Shown here: in pieces, positions 1 to 10,407 of the stretch | Numbering within the stretch: position 1 is the first letter of the stretch | How the letters are laid out: each line of letters starts with the position of its first letter | Virus record (IMG/VR): IMGVR_UViG_3300023313_000001 | Location: 165,508-229,507 of that record | DNA: 64,000 bases | Reading direction: 5' to 3' (one strand) | Made by a program: the position numbers and the translations under genes | Notes under the pieces: model-generated | Seen by the model: the letters and a program-made list of their open reading frames with translations, nothing else | The model's database searches: none | Told to the model about the DNA's origin: nothing

Positions 1-11
1 GGGTAAATAAT

Positions 12-1142
12 ATGGTACATCGTAATAGGTTTATTACTAAATCTACAAAGGTGCACAATCACAAATATGATTATTCATTTGTTGAGTACAAAAACACCCA
101 CACTCACGTAACCATCGTGTGTCCAAAACACGGAAAATTTTCCCAACTACCCATGTGTCATGTGAGAGGTGAAGGGTGTGCCCAATGTTTTGGTAACACT
201 AGAAAAACCACAGAAGAGTTTATACATACAGCCTCTCAAATTCACAAGGGAAGGTATGACTATTCGTTGGTAGAGTATATAAATGTTAAAACTAAAGTTG
301 ACATTATTTGCAAACACCATGGGGTATTTAAACAGTCGCCAGACCACCATATTAATAAAAAAGGTGGGTGTGCTAAATGTGCGGGTAATGTTGTTAAAAC
401 TACCCCCGAATTTATATCAAAAGCCTTAAAAATCCACGGAGCTGCATACGATTATTCTGAAGTTACATACATCAATAGTAAAACACCTGTGCGGTTGAAA
501 TGCTCTAAGCATGGGATATTTACAATCACACCAGAGCAACATATACTCAAACATGGTGGATGTGGCAAATGTTCACCCACATTTCCCAGCAATACTACTA
601 ACTTTATTCAACGTGCCACAAACGTACATAATCACAAATATGATTATTCATTAGTTGAGTATAAAAATATCGACACTCCAATAACTATAATCTGTCCAAA
701 ACACGGAAAATTTACAACATCTCCCAAAATACATTTAAGAGGATCTCAATGTAAACAATGTTATTTAGATCAGAAAGTAGGATCATATACTGTAGATAGA
801 TTTAGATGCGATCCTGCGTTAGCTCAATCATCAGGATATGTATATGCAGTGGAGTTAACAGATTTGTCGTCCACTAAATTTATCAAGATTGGTATATCCA
901 CCAACTATAAAAAACGCATCAATCAATACGTTAAAATGAACCCAAATGTATTACATTTACATAAATCCACTTTAAAAGATGTTTTTGGTACTGAACAACA
1001 ACTATTGCAATTGTTGGCAAATGAAAAATATGATCCCCAAAACAGTTTTGGTGGACATACTGAGTGTGTCCAGTACAATGATTATACTATAAATACTATA
1101 AACTCAACATTTAACAACCTGGTGGAACGATGTCAAACATAG
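12..1142 (+). CDS. Free-standing homing endonuclease: four Zn-binding repeats (YDYSxVxY..CxxHG..CxxC) plus C-terminal GIY-YIG-like (T5orf172-type) nuclease domain
   Basis: Repeated KYDYSxVEYxN..IICPKHGxF..GCxxC units; C-terminal GYVYAVEL..FIKIGIS..R and FGGHTEC; overlaps gp15 start. Confidence 0.75.
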   Translation: MVHRNRFITKSTKVHNHKYDYSFVEYKNTHTHVTIVCPKHGKFSQLPMCHVRGEGCAQCFGNTRKTTEEFIHTASQIHKGRYDYSLVEYINVKTKVDIICKHHGVFKQSPDHHINKKGGCAKCAGNVVKTTPEFISKALKIHGAAYDYSEVTYINSKTPVRLKCSKHGIFTITPEQHILKHGGCGKCSPTFPSNTTNFIQRATNVHNHKYDYSLVEYKNIDTPITIICPKHGKFTTSPKIHLRGSQCKQCYLDQKVGSYTVDRFRCDPALAQSSGYVYAVELTDLSSTKFIKIGISTNYKKRINQYVKMNPNVLHLHKSTLKDVFGTEQQLLQLLANEKYDPQNSFGGHTECVQYNDYTINTINSTFNNLVERCQT

Positions 1143-1912
1143 AAACGTACTTTTATGATGAACAGTTTAAACGATATGCTCTACAGTTTAACGCAATCTT
1201 CAGTGGATTGCAAGTAATGGTTGGCAAATCAGCAACTTCAGATGAAAAATTAATTTCAGTACCGATCATCTATGGGTCGCAAGATCGAGTAGCATCGGCC
1301 GCAGCCCATGGACACACTCAAAACAAACACCTGAGAGTTCCCATGATGTCGTCTAACTTGGTTAATTTTGATATAGCTAATGATAGAATGAAAGGCACTG
1401 GTGCTACAAAACGTGAAGTATTTGTTCCATTGGGTGGAGTTCTTCCAAATGATGCCAAAGTAGTTCGTACCCGTATGGCAGTTCCGTACGATTTAACGTT
1501 CGATTTAAGCATATACACCAGCAATAAAGATCAGCAATTTCAGATACTGGAACAGATACTAGTGTTGTTTGATCCTATTCTCCAAATTCAAACATCAGAA
1601 GCACACTTAGATCCCACTAAAATATCAACTGTTGAAATTATCAGTATTAACCCAGAAGAATCATTTCCACCTGGAACTGAATCACGTGTAATTGTTACTA
1701 CAATACAGTTTAAAATAGACGCATACATCACCATCCCAGCCACAGTTAAAACTGACGTTGTACAACAGATATACGCCCGCATATCCACTATATCAGATGC
1801 TCACGTAGGCATAGTCCAATCAGATGGTACTGCAAACGCGGATATCCCTGCGTTGTATGATGAGTTAGGAATTGAACCAACCATAATTGCCACTGCATTT
1901 ATTGATAACTAA
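1130..1912 (+). CDS. gp15: Tail sheath stabiliser / tail completion protein (T4 gp15-like)
   Basis: N-terminus YFYDEQFKRYALQFNAIFS..VPIIYGS, VPYDLTFDLSIYT and QILEQILVLFDP resemble gp15; upstream of sheath. Confidence 0.8.
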   Translation: MSNIETYFYDEQFKRYALQFNAIFSGLQVMVGKSATSDEKLISVPIIYGSQDRVASAAAHGHTQNKHLRVPMMSSNLVNFDIANDRMKGTGATKREVFVPLGGVLPNDAKVVRTRMAVPYDLTFDLSIYTSNKDQQFQILEQILVLFDPILQIQTSEAHLDPTKISTVEIISINPEESFPPGTESRVIVTTIQFKIDAYITIPATVKTDVVQQIYARISTISDAHVGIVQSDGTANADIPALYDELGIEPTIIATAFIDN

Positions 1913-3666
1913 GTTTGCTCCCAGCCCCAAACATCATTCCCGCAGTCCCATATTCGGTCATAGTTATTGACTTGCATATTTTCCCACTCAGTCATGGTAG
2001 AATCAAACGTCGCTAGCTTGTCTTTAAGTTTATGTTTCTGAAAAACGTTCCTAGACATCAATATATTGGTATCACCTTGAATGTTAAAGTAAAAATAATT
2101 AGGTTTTGATGTGTGGGAATAAGTAAATCCAAGCTGTCCATATAATCCACCTGTATTCCAGCGCTTATCAGAATACGTTATAATTGATTTGGGGTGCTGT
2201 GATTTTAAGAAATGTTTAAATAATCTACTGGCTCCTCCCACCACTCCACAACCCATTCGGTTACTATACCGAAGTAACTCATACTCATAATTTTTGGAAA
2301 ACCGACTCTTCCCGAAAGTCATACATGCAACAATTTCACCATTGTGGGATAATCCATAATTATATCTTGATCCACACGACCCCTGAATATGATTGGCTGA
2401 TAGAAAGTCTCCTTTCTCCTTAACGGTTAACTCCACTATATTACACTGTCTCGCATAAATGCGACTTGATAAACCTAATAGATTACGTATACGTGATTTA
2501 CATATATCATTATTGTACACCCATTCTGATGAAAATATTTGAACTAATCTCACACCAAGCTTGTTACACATATCAGTTTTATTAATGTGGTATCTACTGT
2601 TTTTACCAGCCAGCTCACTATGCCAACAGACTCCATTATACTCAATAGCGATGTTTAAATCGGGTATGTATATGTCTAATTCCTGTGGAGCAATAACGTT
2701 TCTAGTGTTAGATATAACTGTTTCCGAGTAAATGACTTTAATAAACGCCAATATTTCAGACTCTGCTACAGATGTAGCAGATTTGTTGAAACTAATATTA
2801 GATCCTTCTGTTATAGTATGGATGTAAGGAAGCGTAGTGTGTAATATGTGTGCTAGTTCAGATTTTGATAAATTATACTCCTTTACAATATCCTCCACCC
2901 AAGACCTGTTAGTTAATATAGTAGATGGATCAACATCCGCATACTGTTTTCGGAGGTCATCTAACACTTCACTGAACCGCTGTGACTTGGTGATATTGTG
3001 TTTCTGTAGATTTGCTCTTACAAAATACGTGCTAGTATTGTGGCTATCTACCAGTTGATCAATAGTTTTATTGTTAATGATGTATTCGTTATATAAGTAA
3101 TCATAGCTATCAAATAGTTTACGTAGGTGTGGATCCACCATACTCCCAGCGAAAGTGGTTGCACCATATCGTCTTAGGTTGGTGATAGCAGACTTTGCTG
3201 CTGCTACATCATCTGTGCCATTTTTAACTTTAGTAGCTCTAATTTTAGCTGCTATCGTTGGGTCTTTAGCTGGAATTTCAACTCCATATCTAGCCATATT
3301 GGTGATGGATGCTTGGGTTCTGTTGTTGAAATTTTCGTCACCGTATCTGAGTTTTTTCGTCTCTTTTACACGTTTCACATTATTAGGATCCTTCCAAGCA
3401 CAATTATGACTGCAATACTGTTTGAATACACTATTTCGATAATCATAATTAGTAACATTATCACACATACCACATGCAGGCCTGGCAGTATGACCATCCA
3501 TCAGCACTCTGATTTTTAGCTTCATATCGTCACCTTCAATAAAATCTGTTGCATCATGTATTAATGAACAGACCCCAGGATTTTTATCTAATATACTTTG
3601 GAACTTAGGATTTAACTTATGTTTGGATGTTATTATGTTTATATTACGAAGAATGTCCAAGTTCAT
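1909..3666 (-). CDS. Hef-like homing endonuclease (Vsr/PD-(D/E)xK-like domain plus GNAT-like C-terminal domain)
   Basis: ELDIYIPDLNIAIEYNGVCWHSE; RYG repeats; C-terminal ITYSDKRW..RIWDCG shared with four paralogues. Confidence 0.75.
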   Translation of the reverse strand: MNLDILRNINIITSKHKLNPKFQSILDKNPGVCSLIHDATDFIEGDDMKLKIRVLMDGHTARPACGMCDNVTNYDYRNSVFKQYCSHNCAWKDPNNVKRVKETKKLRYGDENFNNRTQASITNMARYGVEIPAKDPTIAAKIRATKVKNGTDDVAAAKSAITNLRRYGATTFAGSMVDPHLRKLFDSYDYLYNEYIINNKTIDQLVDSHNTSTYFVRANLQKHNITKSQRFSEVLDDLRKQYADVDPSTILTNRSWVEDIVKEYNLSKSELAHILHTTLPYIHTITEGSNISFNKSATSVAESEILAFIKVIYSETVISNTRNVIAPQELDIYIPDLNIAIEYNGVCWHSELAGKNSRYHINKTDMCNKLGVRLVQIFSSEWVYNNDICKSRIRNLLGLSSRIYARQCNIVELTVKEKGDFLSANHIQGSCGSRYNYGLSHNGEIVACMTFGKSRFSKNYEYELLRYSNRMGCGVVGGASRLFKHFLKSQHPKSIITYSDKRWNTGGLYGQLGFTYSHTSKPNYFYFNIQGDTNILMSRNVFQKHKLKDKLATFDSTMTEWENMQVNNYDRIWDCGNDVWGWEQT

Positions 3667-3699
3667 TTTAGATATGTTCCAGTTACCGTGTCAGATGAG

Positions 3700-3750
3700 T
3701 ATTTATACATACAATTATATATTACTTTTTGAATACCAACAACATAAATA
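3700..3750. promoter_or_regulatory. Divergent T4-type late promoters (TATAAATA on minus strand 3700-3707; CATAAATA on plus strand 3743-3750)
   Basis: Match to T4 late consensus TATAAATA; YATAAATA also precedes genes at about 5606, 9677, 10376, 12870, 22016, 22476, 27317, 44883, 55647, 58180 and 60518(-). Confidence 0.65.
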
Positions 3751-3817
3751 TATTTCTACAGGTAACACCGTTTTTGTTGGTCGAACTAACTATCAGCATA
3801 CACAAAGGAGAAAAATA

Positions 3818-5575
3818 ATGCCTACACTTATATCACCAGGAGTATCCGTCACAGTAACTGATGAGTCATTCTACGTCCCGGCATCAGCCCCTACAGTTCC
3901 TATGATAATCATAGCTACTGCAGAGAATAAATTACAACCTAATGGAATTAGTGCTGCAATAGGAACTCAAGAACATGATGTTATTCGAACTGTAACTTCA
4001 CTAACTCAAAGTTCACAACTTTATGGGATTCCGAAATTCTTACAGACTGTAAGTGGTGAAGCTCAGCATGGAGACGCACGCAACGAGTATGGATTGCTAG
4101 CATTAAACCAATTCTTAGGAATAGGTAATCGTGCGTATGTAGTCCGAGCAAACGTGAATTTAAACGATGACAGAAACGACATCATCAACATGTGGCTAGC
4201 CAGAACTAATGCAGCTGCTATCAATATTGAAGTACTATCCCAAGAATTCATTAACGAATTTAATGCTGCTAATGGGTATGTTACAGGCAATCCCCTATTC
4301 AAAGAGACTATTACTCGAGTAGAACTAGTTACACTAATGAACCAGGTAATGGTTGCTGTGTATGACAGTTATAACTTTAATAGCACTATTTTTGAAACAG
4401 ATTTCGAGTCTAACCACAACCCACTGCTAGGTGGCACGGCTGCCCTCAACGTGTATGATGCAACATACACTACTGTAGTAGCATCGTTCCTAGGGTTTGA
4501 GGGAGCTGCTCTTGACTGGGAAACTAACAGCTTGGGATCGTTTGTTGGTCATACTACCGAATGGCTACCATCAGAAGCAAATACATTCTTGTCGGGCTTA
4601 GCTGATGACTTCGCATTCACTGTTGAATTTCTTAATTCAACAAGTCTAGGTGCAAATGATCCAGCTCGTCGATCAGCCATCGTTACCGCATTACAAGCAA
4701 CTGTAAATTCCCCAGATATTAGATCTGAAGCATACGAATTCAACTTAGTCTTATGTCCAGGATACCACGAACTCGTTGATGAAATGGCTACCTTAGTAAC
4801 CGATATTTCGAATGAAGCTGTGGTAATAGCAGATTCTCCAATGAACATGGATCCTGATGCTGTTGTAGTATGGATGGATGATCCAGTCAGTGGTCGAGTA
4901 TACAACGCAAATGTTGCATACTACTACAGTCATGGGTATGGCTCTAATTTAGATGGCACCAACGTTCTCGGAGCAGCATCTGGAGTTGCATTGCGTACCA
5001 TTGCATTTAGTGACGATACTACTAGTGCAGTTTGGTTTGCACCTGCTGGTGCCCAACGTGGCGTAGTCACTGGCGTATCTCAAATGGGTTATTACACTGG
5101 AATTGCTGGATCAGCGACCCAGTTCAATGAAGCGGTACTTAACGTAGGTCAACGCGACAATATGTATAAGGACCCTACCAAACTAAACCCAATAACATTT
5201 TTACCAGGTCGTGGTATTGTAGTGATGGGTCAAAAAACGTCTCCAGCAACCGCTAGCGCACTAGATCGTATAAATGTTGTTAGATTGATGGCTCACATCA
5301 AACGTCAATTACGCAAAAATACATTTGCGTTTGTTTTCGAACCTAACGATCAGTTAACCAGAGATAATCTCAAAGCGATGGTGGACAACTTCCTAGGAGA
5401 TTTGGTTGTTCGTAGAGGCTTATATGATTTCGCCTCGGTATGCGATGAGTCAAATAATACTCCAGACAGAGTAGATCGAAATGAAATGTACATAGACATA
5501 GCACTCAAACCTGTTAAGGCAGCCGAGTTCATATATGTGCCAATCCGCGTTCTATCAACTGGTGCTAGTTTGTAA
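3818..5575 (+). CDS. gp18: Tail sheath protein (T4 gp18-like)
   Basis: MPTLISPGVSVTVTDES start after AGGAG RBS; WFAPAG..RG, LDRINVVRL, FEPND, VCDESNNTP..IDIALKP sheath motifs. Confidence 0.95.
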   Translation: MPTLISPGVSVTVTDESFYVPASAPTVPMIIIATAENKLQPNGISAAIGTQEHDVIRTVTSLTQSSQLYGIPKFLQTVSGEAQHGDARNEYGLLALNQFLGIGNRAYVVRANVNLNDDRNDIINMWLARTNAAAINIEVLSQEFINEFNAANGYVTGNPLFKETITRVELVTLMNQVMVAVYDSYNFNSTIFETDFESNHNPLLGGTAALNVYDATYTTVVASFLGFEGAALDWETNSLGSFVGHTTEWLPSEANTFLSGLADDFAFTVEFLNSTSLGANDPARRSAIVTALQATVNSPDIRSEAYEFNLVLCPGYHELVDEMATLVTDISNEAVVIADSPMNMDPDAVVVWMDDPVSGRVYNANVAYYYSHGYGSNLDGTNVLGAASGVALRTIAFSDDTTSAVWFAPAGAQRGVVTGVSQMGYYTGIAGSATQFNEAVLNVGQRDNMYKDPTKLNPITFLPGRGIVVMGQKTSPATASALDRINVVRLMAHIKRQLRKNTFAFVFEPNDQLTRDNLKAMVDNFLGDLVVRRGLYDFASVCDESNNTPDRVDRNEMYIDIALKPVKAAEFIYVPIRVLSTGASL

Positions 5576-5605
5576 TATAAGCTTGACCACAATATCAATA
5601 TAGAG

Positions 5606-5642
5606 TATAAATACCTCAATAAAGTGATTTATTGAGGTATTT
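5606..5642 (+). promoter_or_regulatory. Late promoter overlapping a 15-bp hairpin that sequesters the RBS of the downstream endonuclease gene
   Basis: TATAAATA 5606-5613; perfect IR aaatacctcaataaa-gtga-tttattgaggtattt containing GAGGT; ATG at 5647. Confidence 0.7.
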
Positions 5643-5646
5643 TTAT

Positions 5647-7245
5647 ATGCAGGAAACGATACCATGCCAGATATGTGGAAAACACATGAAATGTATTGGG
5701 TGGAGACATTTACAACAACACAACACCACAGTTGACATATACAAACAACAATTTCCACAATCTCCTTTAAGGTCAGAAGCATCTACAGCTAGAAAATCGA
5801 AGTCTGCAAAACTTGCAAACGCCTCACGCAAGGGAGTAGCTAGATCTGATGTTGTGAAAACAAAAATATCACAAGCAAATAAAGGGAAGGATGCTTGGAA
5901 TAAAGGCATAGGTATGTCTGACACTCAAAAACAAACACTTTCACAAACCAAGAAAGACCAATACGCAAATGGATCTACTATCCACTGGAATACAGGCAAT
6001 ATAACTCCAAACGACGTCAAGAAAAAAATATCAGAAACAGCACTATCCCAATGTCGTACATACAGTGAACCTAGTAAACAAAAAAGACAATCTACTATGC
6101 AGCAAAAATACGACGATGGATGGGTTCATCCTAGTCATCGTCCAGAGGTGCTTCAGCAACGCAAAAAAACAATGTTCGAACGATACGGCGTAGATAATTT
6201 TATGCAACAACACATCAACCATTCGGTATTGTTAAAACTTAACGACCGTACCTGGTTAGAAGACCAACACATCACCCAACATAAACCAATCACTCAAATT
6301 TGTAAGGATTTAGGATTACATTGGAAAAACAGCAATGCTATGGTTAAATCCCGGTTGCTTAAATTTGATATACCACAACAATATGACTTCTCATGCTCTT
6401 ATCCTGAACGTGAACTTAGAGACCTATTAACGGAATGGAATATACCCTTCATAGGGAATGATAGGACTCAGATTAAACCCAAAGAATTGGATATATACAT
6501 TCCATCCAAGTCAATAGCTATTGAATATTGTGGATTGATATGGCACTCGGATGCGTTTGTAGATAAGAACTACCACAAATTAAAAATGGAGCTATGTGCT
6601 GCAGTAGGAATTAAGTTAATTACTATTTTTGAAGACGAGTGGTTGCATTGTCGTGATATAGTGATAAGTAAACTTCAACAGATACTTGGAATATCAAACG
6701 ATCAACGTATTTTTGCTCGCAACTGTAGTGTTATAGAAATTGAACACCAAACTGCTAAAGAGTTTCTGAACACTAATCACATTCAAGGATATGGACCATC
6801 TAGTATCAACTTAGGGTTGCATTATAATTCGGAATTAGTGGCAGTGGCAGCATATAAACGTGACGGATCCAGTGACTTTATACTAAACAGATTTGCAACA
6901 TCGTGTAGTGTGATTGGCGGATTTACTAAGCTTGAACGGTACTTTGATCGTAATTACCATCCTACAATGGTGTCAACATTTGCTGACATGAGATGGAGTA
7001 TTGGAGACTTATACAAAAATACTGGATACACCTTAGTTAACCTGTTGCGTCCAGATTATGCATACATCGACAAATCTTCATTCACTAGAATACATAAATT
7101 CAACTTTCGACACCACAATTTACATAATATGTTGGACGTATACGACCCATTACTTAGCGAAACCGAGAATACCAGAGCTAATGGGATACACCGAATTTAT
7201 AACTGTGGTTTAATGAAGTTTCAACGTACTAATATGTCCGAATAG
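5647..7245 (+). CDS. Hef-like homing endonuclease with N-terminal Zn finger and NUMOD3-like basic repeats
   Basis: CQICGK..HL..H; KISQANKGKDAWNKG repeats; ELDIYIPSKSIAIEYCGLIWHSD; TFADMRWS; RIYNCG. Confidence 0.75.
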   Translation: MQETIPCQICGKHMKCIGWRHLQQHNTTVDIYKQQFPQSPLRSEASTARKSKSAKLANASRKGVARSDVVKTKISQANKGKDAWNKGIGMSDTQKQTLSQTKKDQYANGSTIHWNTGNITPNDVKKKISETALSQCRTYSEPSKQKRQSTMQQKYDDGWVHPSHRPEVLQQRKKTMFERYGVDNFMQQHINHSVLLKLNDRTWLEDQHITQHKPITQICKDLGLHWKNSNAMVKSRLLKFDIPQQYDFSCSYPERELRDLLTEWNIPFIGNDRTQIKPKELDIYIPSKSIAIEYCGLIWHSDAFVDKNYHKLKMELCAAVGIKLITIFEDEWLHCRDIVISKLQQILGISNDQRIFARNCSVIEIEHQTAKEFLNTNHIQGYGPSSINLGLHYNSELVAVAAYKRDGSSDFILNRFATSCSVIGGFTKLERYFDRNYHPTMVSTFADMRWSIGDLYKNTGYTLVNLLRPDYAYIDKSSFTRIHKFNFRHHNLHNMLDVYDPLLSETENTRANGIHRIYNCGLMKFQRTNMSE

Positions 7246-7321
7246 TTAAATCAATAGATCTTTCAACTCAACGCTAGTATAGTATAATATCAAATGTGTG
7301 AAATATTTAGGAGATATTGCT

Positions 7322-7636
7322 ATGGACATTAACATCCAACTACAAGAACTACATAATAAAAACGATACTATAGGGAATAGTATCAATGAAGGCATAATGC
7401 AAGCATTCAACAATCTGGATGATTCTGATAGAGAATACATTCAAAATGAGATCCAAGAAGGAGTGATGATTGCATTGGTAGATCACTTCATGGCAAACGA
7501 GATTACAGACTTCCGAGCAACATGTGACTCGACTAACAATCAAGATGTCGCAAATACCATCAATGTAGATGTGTGGTTTACTATGGCTGGAGAGACATCC
7601 GAAACCCATATATCACGGACATGTACCATCTGTTGA
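7322..7636 (+). CDS. Small protein resembling the tail-sheath C-terminal domain (gp25-like fold)
   Basis: ITDFRATCDSTNNQDVANTINVDVWF parallels sheath LYDFASVCDESNNTPDRVDRNEMYIDIAL; AGGAG RBS. Confidence 0.5.
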   Translation: MDINIQLQELHNKNDTIGNSINEGIMQAFNNLDDSDREYIQNEIQEGVMIALVDHFMANEITDFRATCDSTNNQDVANTINVDVWFTMAGETSETHISRTCTIC

Positions 7637-7724
7637 CATAATCGGTTGATTTGAGTAGACTTATGTTCTCCCAAATTGTTCAACGTAACAATTTGGATTA
7701 ACTCACTAACCGAAGGTAATACTC

Positions 7725-7961
7725 ATGACATCAAGTAATAACTCTAATAGTAAATCCAACAAGACCACTGTAATTAACCGAATCACTGCGTATCTGGGCG
7801 GTCGAAAAACCAATGCAACCACTGTACAAATTATAAAAGCTGTTGGTGGTAATGTAGGAACGGTTAAAGCTCGATTATCCGACCTAACTCGCTCAGGAAC
7901 TATCACTCGTGTGCTCAAGCAAAATAATGGCAAAAATGTGCCTACGTTCACTTTAAACTAA
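7725..7961 (+). CDS. Small basic winged-helix DNA-binding protein
   Basis: ATTVQIIKAVGGNVGTVKARLSDLTRSGTITRV HTH-wing pattern; TTGACA promoter upstream. Confidence 0.55.
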   Translation: MTSSNNSNSKSNKTTVINRITAYLGGRKTNATTVQIIKAVGGNVGTVKARLSDLTRSGTITRVLKQNNGKNVPTFTLN

Positions 7962-7997
7962 TCCAACTCCACAAGTAACCGCTGTATAAAAAGACAA

Positions 7998-9674
7998 CTA
8001 CATGTTGTCTTTTTTATTCCACACCCATACTGAATTACCACAATCCCAGATCCTGTCATAGCCATTGTTTACCATATTATCCCATTCCGTCAATTCTACA
8101 TCAAACATCTGTAGTCTATCTTTCAACTTATGTTTTTGGAATTGCATTCTACTGAACAAAACCAACCGATCTGAATTGTGGAAATACATATAATTCGGTG
8201 GACTATAATGACTGAAACTGAAACTCAATTGCCCATACATAGCTCCAGTGTTCCACGATCTATCAGCGTATGACACTACAGACGATGGGTGGATTTGTCT
8301 AATAAAATGTTTGAATAATTTAGATGCCCCACCAACCACTGTGGAGTCAATTTTTGAACAATACCTCAATAACTCGTACTCGTATTTGTTAGAGAATCTA
8401 CTTTTACCAAACGTCATACATGCCACCAACTCACTACCATACATTAACCCGTATCGCACATGAGACTTACATGCCCGCTGTAGGTGGTTAACATCTACAA
8501 AAATATTAGCAGCCTTAGAGCTAAGTTCTACAATAGTAGTTGACCGTCCATAGATTCTACTACCTGATACTCCCAATTTAGCTCGGATCCTTGATTTTAC
8601 CACAGACTGGTGCAGCACCCACTGGTCCTGGCGTAAATGTATCAACTGTATTCCTTGAGTATTACACATTTTGGTCTTCATCAAATGGTAATCTTTCGTC
8701 TTTCCTTTTGAGTCAGAATGCCAATATATTCCATTAAACTCTATTGCGATACCATGGTCTGGCAACACTATATCTAACTCATATGGTTTAATAATACTCC
8801 GAACATGTCTATTTACTGTTACATTTAATGACTCCAAAAAAGAACAAACTTCGTTTTCTCCAGTAGAGTTGGATGATGACACCGGTAAATCGAAATATTT
8901 GAATCTGGACGTTAATAATGGTTGTGACACGTTTAATGTTTTCGCAATTTCTGTCAACGATCGTCCCTGCATATGTTGATCCAATAACCATTTCGGGTCA
9001 TGCAGTTTTTCATATACATCTATCCAGTCATCTCCATTAAATCCCGTATATCTTGCCCAGGTAGCAGCACGTTCATATAACTCTCCCGAATGTAGGTGGT
9101 GTACACGAGTATGAGAGATCTGTTCTCGAACAGAATCCGTCATGGCATGTGTGGTACCGTAACGTTCCATACATGTTTGTTGTTTTTTATCTTGAGATTG
9201 AGTAGACGACACATTCCATTCGGTACCATACTTACGTAAATTAGTTTGCTTTAACTTAGCTTGCACTTGGGTAGACTGTAAAGCATGCTTTACTCCCAAC
9301 ACGTTAAATCTATCTTCAGCCACCCTATGGGTCATTTTAAAATAATTGTCTACACCATAATGGTTCATAGTCGTCTGTTTACGCTTAGTTAATAAATCAC
9401 CACCCTCATGTACACATTTATTTGAGCAAAATTTGCGATATTCGTGTGTTGAATCATTCCAAGTAACTGTGCCAACCTTACAATGGGAACACACTACCAA
9501 CTCAGATTCCTTATGTATAATATGCCACATTCGCTGTCTCAGCCCAGATTTTATTGGTAGAAACAAGGTAGCCTTTTTAATAACATCATATTTTACGGTA
9601 TTTAACTTGATCCAAGACCTAAAATTTGACAATGCTGATAGTTCTATAATTATTTCTTGTAATTTGTGGTCCAT
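7998..9674 (-). CDS. Hef-like homing endonuclease
   Basis: CSHC..FCSNKC; KYG/RYG repeats; HTH SLTEIAKTLNVS; ELDIVLPDHGIAIEFNGIYWHSD; SYADRSW; RIWDCG. Confidence 0.75.
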   Translation of the reverse strand: MDHKLQEIIIELSALSNFRSWIKLNTVKYDVIKKATLFLPIKSGLRQRMWHIIHKESELVVCSHCKVGTVTWNDSTHEYRKFCSNKCVHEGGDLLTKRKQTTMNHYGVDNYFKMTHRVAEDRFNVLGVKHALQSTQVQAKLKQTNLRKYGTEWNVSSTQSQDKKQQTCMERYGTTHAMTDSVREQISHTRVHHLHSGELYERAATWARYTGFNGDDWIDVYEKLHDPKWLLDQHMQGRSLTEIAKTLNVSQPLLTSRFKYFDLPVSSSNSTGENEVCSFLESLNVTVNRHVRSIIKPYELDIVLPDHGIAIEFNGIYWHSDSKGKTKDYHLMKTKMCNTQGIQLIHLRQDQWVLHQSVVKSRIRAKLGVSGSRIYGRSTTIVELSSKAANIFVDVNHLQRACKSHVRYGLMYGSELVACMTFGKSRFSNKYEYELLRYCSKIDSTVVGGASKLFKHFIRQIHPSSVVSYADRSWNTGAMYGQLSFSFSHYSPPNYMYFHNSDRLVLFSRMQFQKHKLKDRLQMFDVELTEWDNMVNNGYDRIWDCGNSVWVWNKKDNM

Positions 9675-9732
9675 AGCATAAATACCTCATATAACCAAAC
9701 AGTGCTACATATTATATAGGAGCAGTTAACCA

Positions 9733-10320
9733 ATGGCTACAATCAACAACATGGGTATTCCTGGAGTTGGAACAGGGATCCTTCAACCAAAACTTAAAAA
9801 CAGATGGCGTGTGACGTTCATCGGTATAGGTGCCGAAGGAGCTAGTTCTCAACCGTTATCTATGCAAGCTGTAACTATCACTAGACCTAGCTTAACATTT
9901 CAGGAAGTCGAATTACATCGATACAACTCTCGAGCGTATGTTGCTGGAAAGCATGAGTGGGAAATGTGCCAAGTTACATTGGAAGACGATGTTACAGGAT
10001 CTGCATCAAAGGTGATTAGTGACCAGATCTCGAAGCAACAATTCTTAATTGGCGCCGAAGGTCCATTCCTCGGAGCTGCTGAAGAAGGTTCCATTTACAA
10101 ATTTGCCACAAAAATAGAGATGCTGGATGGACAAGAACAATCAATCGAACGATGGGTGCTACAAGGTTGTTTTATTCAACAAGCAGACTACACTGATCTA
10201 GATTTTGGTACAAGTGAAGCAGTAATGATCAACTTATCTCTTCGATTTGACCATGCGTTCCAAGAAATTGCTGGATACTCTGCAGGAGAAGGTGTGGCCC
10301 TTGGTGGTGCTGGCGCATAA
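9733..10320 (+). CDS. gp19: Tail tube protein (gp19-like)
   Basis: PKLKNRWRVTF, ITRPSLTF, YVAGKHEW, WVLQGCFI..DLDF..LSLRFD tube motifs; follows sheath; late promoter at 9677. Confidence 0.9.
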   Translation: MATINNMGIPGVGTGILQPKLKNRWRVTFIGIGAEGASSQPLSMQAVTITRPSLTFQEVELHRYNSRAYVAGKHEWEMCQVTLEDDVTGSASKVISDQISKQQFLIGAEGPFLGAAEEGSIYKFATKIEMLDGQEQSIERWVLQGCFIQQADYTDLDFGTSEAVMINLSLRFDHAFQEIAGYSAGEGVALGGAGA

Positions 10321-10341
10321 CCCTGTTAACTACATCGTAGT

Positions 10342-10368
10342 AAAAAAAGCCCCATTGGGGCTTTTTTT
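10342..10368 (+). terminator. Intrinsic (bidirectional) terminator
   Basis: aaaaaaagcccc-att-ggggcttttttt after tube gene. Confidence 0.85.
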
Positions 10369-10407
10369 ATACCTGCATAAATACCATAAATAACTGGAGA
10401 AGTGTAC

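Noticed and set aside
3623-3817. 65-aa N-terminal extension of the sheath in the ORF track
   Set aside because: Overlaps the opposite-strand gene and promoters; AGGAG and the conserved SPGV start point to ATG 3818.
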